A stretch of 64,000 nt of DNA from contig MU054400.1 in NCBI GenBank assembly GCA_013239625.1, forward strand, positions 1,957,345 through 2,021,344. The letters are read 5' to 3'. Shown here piece by piece: positions 53,842-64,000 of the stretch; the first letter of the stretch is position 1, and each line of letters starts with the position of its first letter. The translations under genes were made by a program, and so were the position numbers. This DNA is from Lama guanicoe (Eukaryota). Below the pieces are notes generated by a model. It made no database searches. It worked only from the letters and a program-made list of their open reading frames with translations, and was not told the origin of the DNA.

Positions 53842-56724
53842 GAAATTTGACACAAGTAAGTTATCTGATATGATTTTTAAAGTTTAGGAGTATACAACAT
53901 AATCAGGGAAACTAGGTATTTGATGCTGGTTCCTGAAGAAAGGGACAGTGACTATCCCAAATGGCAAATGAGAGATAAAGAGGGAAATTTCATAATGATA
54001 AAAGAATTTCAATAGGGAGATTTTTAAAAATCATAAACATGTATGCAGTTAATAGCACAGCTTCAAATGATATAAAGCAAAAACTAATAGATTACTGGGA
54101 GAGGTAAACAAATTCACAATCAAATTTGGAGATTTTAACAACCTCTCTTAGTAACTGATAGAATAAGCAAACAAACAAAAAGGTGGTGATAACGTGGCAG
54201 GTTAAAACAATCCAACTGCCTCCTGGGTATATTCCAAAGAAATGAGCTCTTATGTCCATCAAAAGACATGTTCAAGAATATTCACAGCAACCTTGCTTAT
54301 TTCCATCCATCCAATGAGGGTAGGAAGAAATTCAATCACCTGGGTTTGATGTCAATAAATATTCAGGATTTGAACAAAGAAGCCTTTCACTTGTATGATC
54401 TCTCTTTTTTTTTTTTTAGGTTTCCTTTTTCCCCGAGTTAAGATAGCAAAAAAGTTTAACTGCTTTCCTTGAATACATAATCAAAACCACATTTACGAGG
54501 CAGGATTTTTTTTTCTTTCTTTCTGCTTCTCAACATCTACCCCCTTGTTCTTACATGCTTGTGACAATGTACCTCCTACACACAACTAAAAAAGCAAAAA
54601 TTTTAAGTGAAGTGTTTTATATTAAGGATCCAAGTTATTTAACACGCTGTGTAACTAAAGCAGACTAATAGTATAAGCGGAGACGAATATAGGTTAGTGA
54701 GTCAACATTTTCTAGTTCATCTGAGGCCGAGCAGTCTTTTCACATGATTCACGGTTCATTCACTTTTACTCGCTCATGGTTGCTTTCACTCCAGCCCCAA
54801 AGGCCACGCTTACGGGAGGTTCCCACCCTCATGGTTTGTTGAAGTTTTGTATGGGGTTAGAACTTAAGTTTGGTTCAAATGTCTGGGTTTAATGTCATAT
54901 GATAAAAGCCAGAGATAAATCAAGAAACAAAACCAAGTAAGAATGCATAAAATAGAGTTTTCTGTGAATTTAAAAAGTGAAACACTCTGCTCCACCTGAC
55001 CCACCACCCCACACTCAAGTATAAGAGCTGAGTTAAATTCAGATGGTAACACATTTGCTCTGTGACCATGGGAAAATCTTGGAATTTCCTCTAATTTTTC
55101 CACACCCATAAATTGATTTTTAACCATATGAACTTCTGACTCAACACATCCAACACTGCTTAAGTGAGAGAGGATGAACTGGGAGTTACAAGAAGCACTG
55201 GAATCGCCATGCGACAGACCAACAGGCTGGGAAGAGCCTCACTAGGCAGGTCTAAGATCATCAGCCATCAATGCCCACGGTGGGGACAGACTCCAACCAC
55301 TGACAGGAAGCTGCGCTGCTCCAAATACCATCCACATACATAGGTGGTCCCTAAAGGCCTATCAAGTGGTTTTTTGATAGTTTGGTCATTTCAGAAGAAA
55401 AAGTGACCAAACAATTTTGTTTACATTGATTTCAGAAATTTGAAATGTAATATTAAACCACAATTTTCACAAACATCCTATTACATTCTTAATAGTCATT
55501 ATATTTTTTTTAAAGTTGTACAGACACTTCACAGATGTTGTTTAATTAATCTTGGAGTATTTCACCTCACTAGCATGTTACTCAATGTAATATAGTAATA
55601 TTTACTATAGTAGCTAAGACAGGAATACACATTGAACAGTTTCCTCCTAAATTTATATCAACTAATATATGCCACCAATATTTTTATCAAATTTTGCAAT
55701 TTACAAACGCTTTCAGCTTCATTTCAACAACACTAGGAGGAAGATTTAAAAAAAATGCTCTCCCATTATTTAGAAGAAACTAAGCCTAATTATTTAAGTG
55801 GTGTGCCCAAGGGTGATCCTTTAATGGTAGCTCCATTAATTTTGAAATGTAACACAGGGAACAGGAAAACTACCATTCTTTTTTCAAAGATGCATGATTA
55901 GAGAACTTGGTTTTGCTTTTTTTTCAGATCACTTTGTACTGAGGATAAGAGACTGCTTCTATTTGAACTGCAGTCAAAAATGGATTTTTTTTTTGGTTTC
56001 TTTTACTGTTTGTGAACTATGTCAGGCATAACACTTTTCCAACACAAAGATTATTTTATAATACAAATAATGCAAAGTAAGAATAGTTTTTTCTTATTTC
56101 AATTGGCCTGCTTAATAGTTCTCAAGAGACTTGTCTTACCTATTCCTTCAGGGACAAAATTTCTCAAGTTTTAATATGGAAGAAAAAGGATACCAGGATA
56201 TCTTAAGAAAACTGAACAACTGTGCAAACAACTGATTGTGGAGTTGGGCTCTTTCCCAACAGTCAATGGTTCTTCATTTGTTCAAGAATAAAATTAAAGC
56301 CCGTTGTTGGACATATTTTCACACCGTATGCAAATTCTTGTAACAGAACATGAAGAATAACTTCCCAGGGTTGAATGAAGCCCGACTGGGATAGGGATCC
56401 TTCTCTGCGGCAACATATGTGTGACATGCTGGCATCTGAATGCGCTCACCAGTGAGCTCTGTCATCATTTCTGAACAAGCAAACACCATCTGACAGAGCC
56501 TCCTGCACTTGCTATCATCCTGATGACTTATCTTTGTGAATTTGTGTTCTCTAAATTCATAGAGGTCAAGTGTAAGGAAATAAACCAATGAGGTGTTGAA
56601 CTTAACCTGAAACTTCAGCTTCATCAAGTCGTATAGAGCTGCCTCATGAAAGATATCAAACAATGCCATTCCTCCCATCAATAGGAGACTATTACCATTT
56701 TTATCATCAATTTCTAAGATTCAG

Positions 56725-58130
56725 ATCAATGGAACAGAATAGAGAGCCCAGAAATAAACCCACAAACTTTTGGTCAATTAATCTTTGACAAAGGAGGTAA
56801 GAACACACCATGAAGTAAAGACAATCTCTTCAGCAAATGGTGTTGGCAAAACTGGGATCACACCATACACAAAAATAAACTCAAAAATGGTTTAAAGACT
56901 TAAACATAAGACAAGACACTATAAACCTCTTACAAGAAAACATAGGGAAAACATTTGACATAAATCTTAGCAATGTTCTCCTAGGGCAGTCTACTCAAGC
57001 AATAGAAAAAGCAAAAATTTTTAAATGGGACCTAATAACATATAAGCTTTTGCGCAGCAAAGGAAACCATAAGCAAAGACAAAAAGACAACCTATGGAAT
57101 GGGAGAAAATATTTGCAAAAGATGAGACTGACAAGGGCTTAATTTCAAGAGTATATAAATAGCTCATACAACTTAAAAAAGAAAAAAAAAACAACCCAAT
57201 CTAAACATGGGCAGAAGACCTAAACAATTCTCTAATGAAGACATACACATGGCCAATAGGCACATGAAAAAATGCTCAATATCACTAATTATTAGAGAAA
57301 TGCAATCAAAACTACAATGAGGCATCACCTCACATCAGTCAGAATGGTCAACAAAAAGTCCACAAACAATAAATGTTAGAAAGAGTGTGGAGAAAAGGGA
57401 ACCCTCCTACATGTTGATGGGAATGCAGTCTGGTGCAGCCATCATGGAAAATAGTATGGCGATTCCTCGAGACTGAAAATAGACTTACTATATGATCCAG
57501 CAATCCCACTCCTGGGCATATATCCAGAGGAAACCTTACTTCAAAATGATACATGTACCCCAGTGTTCATAGCAGCACTATTTACAATAGCTAAGACATG
57601 GAAACAGCCTAAATGTCCATCAACAGGTGACTGGATAAAGAAGCTGTGGTATATTTACACAATGGAATACTACTCAGCCATATAAAATAATAAAATAATG
57701 CCACTTGCAGCAACATGGATGGACCTGGAGATTGTCATTCTAAGTGAAGCAAGCAGAAAGAGAAAGAAAAATACTGTATGATATCACTTATATTTGGAAT
57801 CTAAAAAAAAAAAAGCCCAACTTATTTATGAAACAGACTCACAGACATAGAAAACAAACTTATGGTTACCAGTGAGGGAGGGAGTGGGAAAGGATAAATT
57901 GGGAGTTCGAGATTTGCAGATACTAATATATATAAGACAGGTACACAACAAGTTCATACTGTATAGCCCAGGGAACTATATTCAATATCTTGTAGTAACC
58001 TATAATGAAAAAGAATATGAAACCGAATATATGTATATTCATGTATGACTGAAGCATTGTGCTGTACACCAGAAATTGACACATCGTAAACTGACTAGAC
58101 TTCAATAAAAATATATATACAGACAGAAAA
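56725..58130 (+). mobile_element. LINE-1, 5'-truncated, apparently a younger family, with TSD
   Basis: L1 ORF2 end and 3' UTR; TSD taagattcag (56715-56724 / 58137-58146). Confidence 0.95.
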
Positions 58131-59722
58131 ATTTTTTAAGATTCAGCTTTCTTTGTATTATTTAAAGATGTGTGACAAATACATATTTTATTCACCAGAA
58201 AATTTTGGTCCACTTGTGTCTTGAATATTCATTAGAGGTCCTAAAGAGGGGAAAAAATTCAGAATTATGACATAGGGGTTTGCAGACTATGTCACAAGGA
58301 AAGAAAGAAAGAGAAAGAGAGAGAGGGAGGGAGGGAAATAGGTAGTGCATGTCATCATTTAAAGTGTTGTCTGAATTCAGTTTAAATAATGCAAGTAAAC
58401 ACGGTGTAGTGGCAGAGAAATGGAGTGACAGCAATACTTATCAGGAACTTTAGAATTTTAACAACTTTTTTAGGAAACAATACCTCTAATGAGTATGGAA
58501 ACAAAAAAATGTGAGAGTCAAGAGGTGAATGGTAAATTATCTAAGTTCACAGTCTACCAGTTCTCTAGGTATCTGCCACTTATTTTCTGTGCTTCATTGG
58601 GAAAAAAATCACATTATCTGTGAAGCGGTAAGAAATATTTAGAGAAACTATAAAATGTTAACCTCTTTAAAATGAAAGGGTTAGAGAGAGATTAAAAAAA
58701 ATTAAGTAAGCAGGCTAAAACTTTAAGGAAAATTACTAAAATAAGACAGAGTATATAGCTTTCCAGAGTAGTAAAAATGAAAGAAGACAAAAGGCAGAAC
58801 AAAAGAATAATAAGTCCTTGGGAGTCTTTTGCTGTCTTGGTAACTGGACAAAACCTGTATAACGTTTTTATCAAGTACTTGAGGATGTCACTTGGACCAA
58901 TCATGGAAGAATTATTGAAGAAATTTCTAGTACACAACAATTAGAAAACAAAGACATATTTATAAACTAAAATGAGTACGAAACCAATAATTTATCACAG
59001 CAAAATAATGTACTTGTTTTAAGTTGTAAATATTATTTGAAGAAGTGTCTCTGGAGTTAACTATAACATGTGGGAAATCTCTGTGAATTTTTTTGACCAC
59101 AACTCAATGGTCATTTATAAAATTTTTTAAGAAATAACTATGTGATGAGAAATGCACAATGTGAATAATGTACCAAAATGATTTATAAAATTGATTCGGT
59201 TCTTAAAATGAAAATAGATAAATAAACAGATAAACAGATAAATAAATAAATAGTCTGAATCAACTGGCCACTCATAGAGGAGATAGAAGAATTAGAGACA
59301 TGATAAAAAAATAAGCAAAATAGTATTTCTGTTTTGTTTTAAAGTGGATCTGATTTTAACTAAAATGTAATTCTTATTTAGTGGAATGAAGTCACAAACT
59401 GATACTAGTGAGGGAGCACTGTGCAATGTCACTGGTGTCAGAGATAGTTACCATGTCAGCAGAAACACTAGCAGCCGGTTAAGGAGTAAATCAAGCTGGA
59501 GGAGATGAAAGTCAAGGTCAATTTAGATTCTTAGCATATCAGACAGTACGCACTCCTGCTTCACCAGCTCACTTTCCTGAGTCCCTCACTGCCACTAGTG
59601 CTTGTAAATTAAGCAGGAAAGGTCCCAATTGTGTGTGCACATGATAAATCATACATACAGAAGCATATAAGATGTGTATGTACAATTTAAAGTAAAAGAA
59701 TAAAATAAAACACCTGTGTATC

Positions 59723-60176
59723 TGTACTAGTCAGGGTTCTCCAGAGAAACAGAGCCAACAGGAAATATATAGATACAAAGAAGGAGATTTATTATTGGCC
59801 CATGCAATTATGGAGGCTGAGATCTGCTACCATGATCTGCTGTCTGCAAGCTGGAGGTCCAGGAAAGGCAGTGGCATAGTTCCAGCCCAAAGGCCTGAGA
59901 AGCAAGAGCCCGATGTCCGAGGGTAGGAGAAGGTGGACATCCCAGCTCTGCAGAGAAAGAAAATTCACCCTTCCTCCCCGTTGTTCTGTTTGGGCCCTCA
60001 GTGGATTGGATGATGCCCACCACACTGGTGAGGGCCATCACTTTATTATCAATTAAAATGCTATTCTTTTCTGGAACCGCCCCCTCACCACACAAAAACA
60101 CCCATAAATAATGTTTTACAAGCTATCTGGGCATCTCTTATCCTAGCCAAGTTGACACATAAAATTAACCATCATA
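59723..60176 (-). mobile_element. MLT2 (ERVL) solo LTR
   Basis: 'tgtactagtcagggttctccagagaaacaga...caagttgacacataaaattaaccatcata'; 5-bp TSD gtatc / ctatc. Confidence 0.88.
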
Positions 60177-60734
60177 CTATCCAATATCTAGGTTAAGAAA
60201 TAGAATATTGCCAGTTCACCAGAAGATGTTTTGTGCCCCTTCTGACACCCATCATCTAGACTTTTAGTTTAATCATTCTCTTGCTTTTCTGCATAGTTTT
60301 ATTATATGTATATGCATCCTCAGACTGTAAGTGTATTGCTTAATTTTTTCTTTAAACTTTCTGTAACTGGGAATTGCACAGATTTAATTCTTCTAATCAG
60401 CATTTTGGTTTTGATATGCTTTTGTAGCTGTACTTCATATTATTGGCTCTACAGTGTTTCATTGCTTGAATATGCAATGACTTATTAAACCACCTTATCA
60501 CTGATGGATATTCAGGTTGTTTCCAGTTTGGGGCTATTATGAACACAACTTCTTGTACTTTTATGTACATATGTCCAGGAGTGTTAGTCTAGGAACGAAA
60601 CTGCAGAATTGCATGGGATATGCCTATTCAGTTCTACTCTATCATGCCAGGCTATCTTTCAAGAGCGGCAACACAAATTTACATTATTCCCAAAGGAGGG
60701 TGAGTATTCTCAATTCCTCACATCCCATATATAC

Positions 60735-61285
60735 ATCTTCAAAGTACAGGTTTTGTACTTCTTTTATTGAAAATTTTCCTCCTTATTTTGTTCTTTTTGA
60801 TGCTGTTGTAAATGGAGTTTGTCTTCTTAATTTCATTTTCAGATTATTCACTGCTGGTGTATAGAAATACGTTGCTTTTTGTATGTAGATCTTGTAGCCT
60901 GCAACCTTGCCGGACTTGTTCATTAGTTCTAATAGGGTCACTGTAGACACCTTAGAATTTCCTGTATACAACATCATGCCATCTGGAAATAATAATTTTA
61001 CTTATTCCTTTCCAATGTTGATGCCTTTTTTTTTTTCTTGTCTAATTGCCCTGGCCAGAACCTCCAGTAGAATGTTAAATGGAAGGGGTGAGAACAGACA
61101 TCCTTGCTTGTTCCTGATCATGGGGGAAACATTCAGTCCTTTACCACTAAGTAGAAGACTTGCTGTGGGGTTCCACATATGCTCTTTATCAGGTTGAGGA
61201 TTTGCTATTGCTAATTTGTTGAGTATGGTGACCATGAAGAGATGTTAAATTTTGTCAAATGCTTGTTCTGTATCTACTGAGGTAG
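60735..61285 (-). mobile_element. LINE-1 ORF2 RT fragment
   Basis: Peptides KQGCLFSPLPFNILLEVLARAIRQEK and GKVAGYKIYIQK. Confidence 0.92.
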
Positions 61286-61999
61286 CTAAAATTATTTGTC
61301 TTTGTGCAAACTTTGTTCTGGGCCCTTTGGGTGACTCTTTTTAGTTATGAAGATGTAAAGCAAGCATATAACCAATACTTCCAGAAGATGTATAACAGAC
61401 GACTTTTGGGCTTGCTTAAGACCTGGGATTTGGTCTGCAGGGCTCTCCTGTGCATCTGCTTTAATTCTCAAAATTAAGCCAAGATCAAGAATTCATCTGG
61501 AAAGGAAGAGGTTACAGAGGTAACCTCTTCTTAATAAGACACTTCAGATGTGAGGCTACTTTTAAGGAATCATCTGCCCTACCCAGCCACCCTGGTAGCT
61601 GCTTTCTCCCCAGGGGGGTGTCTGTGCGCATTAAGAGAAGATGCGCCCCCCTGCACCTCATCTAACCCCTGTGTAATGGGCAGCTGCATACAGGAGTCTT
61701 TCCACGGCCACCATTACTAGATAGGACTCACGGTGCAGGCTGACTTGGGTCTCTATAGTAATGCATGCAGGAAGCAGTGCCTCACTCAAGGTCTCTTCAG
61801 GTTTGCAGGGCACGGTGCCTCAGCTGGTACAGCAGTACTGCAGTAGACAGACAGGACCTAATAGCAGACCAATGCTGGGGCTCAGGGTTGCCCATTAGTA
61901 ACAGCTGAGAAACTCTGAGACAACCAGGACCAGCAGGTGTCAGAAAAAAAAAAGTGAAATTCAGCTCTTAGGGGCACCTCTGAACTCTGCTGTCCTGGG

Positions 62000-62523
62000 G
62001 GCAAGCACAAGAGGATTGGTTCACTGACTTGAGAACAAAAGTGTTGAATATCTTTCCTCTACCCCACCAGATATAGTCTACAACGTTCTCTTCCCTGCTC
62101 TTTGCCGGGGGGACTGGCATGCATGGGCCAACTCAGCAGACCCCTAGCTCTCTGCCTTCTAGTTAGGATTGGCCAGTGAGGGGTGCCCACTAGCAGGAGA
62201 TCAGAGGGCAGAAGAAGGGGAGGAGAGGTTGTTCATTGTCCTGATTCTGTCCCTGTTGGGTCAACAAGGGGTATCCATCTCTCTTCCAAAGGCCACATTT
62301 CCCGTCAGACACCTCTATCCACACAGCGCTCTCTCTCCTTACCCCAGTCCAGTAGAGGCTCCCTTCCATCACCCTCTCACACACCCCGAGTTACTAAGAC
62401 CAGGACACCGTCATTGCTTTAACTGACCTCACCAGCATCTCAGTTAATAATCCCTTTGTTGAACCCTTTTCAGATGACCCAACTTGAGTTGTGCTGTTTC
62501 CTGCCACCACCCTGACTAGTACA
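62000..62523 (+). mobile_element. Old ERVL-class LTR (5' boundary uncertain)
   Basis: 3' end 'acccaacttgagttgtgctgtttcctgcc...ccctgactagtaca'. Confidence 0.55.
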
Positions 62524-63608
62524 GAAATTTAAGGTGCTTGGAAATATTTTAGGAGGAAAATCTGGGGAGAAAAGCCAGACTTTCTGCTAATCATTCTGAT
62601 TTGAACTTTGAAAGAAATGTGAATTATTTTAATTTTTTTGCCTGAGCTGGTAAAGCAGAGACTAATCACAGCAATGCTTACACATCTATCCCCCTACCTG
62701 CCTGGGAGCACCTGGAGGGTGACAGTATTCACCTTTGAAGTCCTGCAGACGGCAGATGGTCAAGAAATGTTAAGTGGCCACAGCTGAACTTAAGACCTTA
62801 GTCAAGTGACCTCGTCTCTCCAAGCCTCAGTTTCTTCATCCGTACAACTCGATCCAGAAACCCTGAAGTGTCACCCACTCTAGGTAAGAAAAAAAGTCAG
62901 TGCAGGGGTAATTGCAATATTCATTAGATAAATGCTTTTATGTCAGCTTTATTGTTTTCAAGGACACAGAGTAATATAAACTTGAGTAACAAAGGAGTTT
63001 GGGCAGAATGTCGTTGGAAGTACTTTTAATCAAATACTTTAAATGGCACATAATTAACACATTGTTTTAAAGCGAAAGGGCCCTTTAAAGGGGTGCTTCT
63101 TCCCCTTAACTAATTTACCTGAGAACAGGAACCAGATTAAGTAGCGGAGCCATGACATGTGCCACTATGGTCCAGTCTATTTGACACCGAGATACCTGCC
63201 TCATATTATTGTGACTAACTGCCAGGTTACAAAACACTGTGTACACTATGATGCCAAATTTCATAAAATATTCATACCCACTTATCTACATGGGAGGGCG
63301 AATCATTTTGGGACTGGCTGCTTGTTGCCTCACGGTGCGGGAGAGCGTGAATTTATTTTCTCCTTATTCTTTTTACAACATTTTAAAAAATTAATAAAAG
63401 CGCTTTCCAGCGGTGGAGGAGGTTCAGGAGGGCCCGGCCTGCAAGGACGAGGCTCCTCTGCTGCCGAGAGGGACCGCGAGTGGCGGGCCTGAGGGCCGGA
63501 CGCTCCACTTACCGGCGGGCCGCGGGCGCGGGGGCGCAGCAGGCGGGGCGGGGCGGGGCGGGGAGGCGGGGAGGCCGCAGAGCGCTGGGGGGCGGGGTCT
63601 CGGCGCTG

Positions 63609-63864
63609 NNNNNNNNNNNNNNNNNNNNNNNNNNNNNNNNNNNNNNNNNNNNNNNNNNNNNNNNNNNNNNNNNNNNNNNNNNNNNNNNNNNNNNNNNNNN
63701 NNNNNNNNNNNNNNNNNNNNNNNNNNNNNNNNNNNNNNNNNNNNNNNNNNNNNNNNNNNNNNNNNNNNNNNNNNNNNNNNNNNNNNNNNNNNNNNNNNNN
63801 NNNNNNNNNNNNNNNNNNNNNNNNNNNNNNNNNNNNNNNNNNNNNNNNNNNNNNNNNNNNNNNN
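63609..63864. other. Assembly gap (256 N)
   Basis: Run of N inside the GC-rich island. Confidence 1.
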
Positions 63865-63982
63865 CCGGGGGGCGGGGGCGGCCCGCGCGGGGAGGGCGGA
63901 GTCACGCGGCTCCGCCCCCCGTGGCCGGGAAGGCGGGGCGGGCCGCCCGGGAAGGCGGCGCGAAGGATCCCGAGCCTGGGCG

Positions 63983-64000
63983 ATGGCGGCGCCCGGCGCG
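63983..64000 (+). CDS. IDNK: IDNK gluconokinase, start of coding exon 1 (partial, runs off the window)
   Basis: GCG ATG G is a strong Kozak context. ATG GCG GCG CCC GGC GCG = MAAPGA, matching the recalled IDNK N-terminus (MAAPGALLVMGVSGSGKS). CpG island and synteny with FRMD3 support the call; only 6 codons are visible. Confidence 0.8.

Larger units (their letters stand above)
63400..64000. promoter_or_regulatory. CpG island / IDNK promoter with tandem GC boxes
   Basis: Dense CpG; GGGGCGGGGCGGGGCGGGG at 63545-63563 and further GGGCGG boxes after the gap. Confidence 0.9.

Noticed and set aside
56319..58434. Faint hAT-transposase-like motifs in the minus-strand ORFs at 56319-56681 and 58192-58434
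   Set aside because: The resemblance is weak, needs frameshifts, and the motif order is inconsistent; a profile-HMM search would be needed
61611..61653. Hairpin caggggggtg...cgcccccctg
   Set aside because: Only 8 Watson-Crick pairs plus wobbles, driven by G/C runs; compatible with chance
63330..63905. 191-aa ORF spanning the N run
   Set aside because: Artefact of translating through the assembly gap

Overview
Mammalian genomic DNA, most likely from a camelid, because it carries three tRNA-derived vic-1-like SINEs. The window spans a head-to-head gene pair. FRMD3 is on the minus strand, with first coding exon 23732-23878 inside a CpG island; everything to its left is intron 1. IDNK (gluconokinase) is on the plus strand, and only its first six codons (63983-64000) are visible, at a second CpG island broken by a 256-N gap. 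The remainder is intron or intergenic sequence dense in old and lineage-specific repeats: L1, L2, MIR, ERV1/ERVL/MaLR LTRs, hAT and mariner MITEs. Almost all other ORFs in the track are repeat-derived or chance. I see no evidence of a new multi-gene system. The best leads are: a polyadenylated MLT1 LTR retrocopy with an inverted target-site duplication; a probable L1 3' transduction; a CpG-rich intronic patch with a perfect in-phase splice donor; a perfect antisense donor at the IDNK promoter; the 5' leader and donor architecture of FRMD3; and a CpG-retaining LTR with an NRF1 site. Gene and repeat family names come from recalled sequence similarity, not database searches, and most repeat boundaries are approximate.
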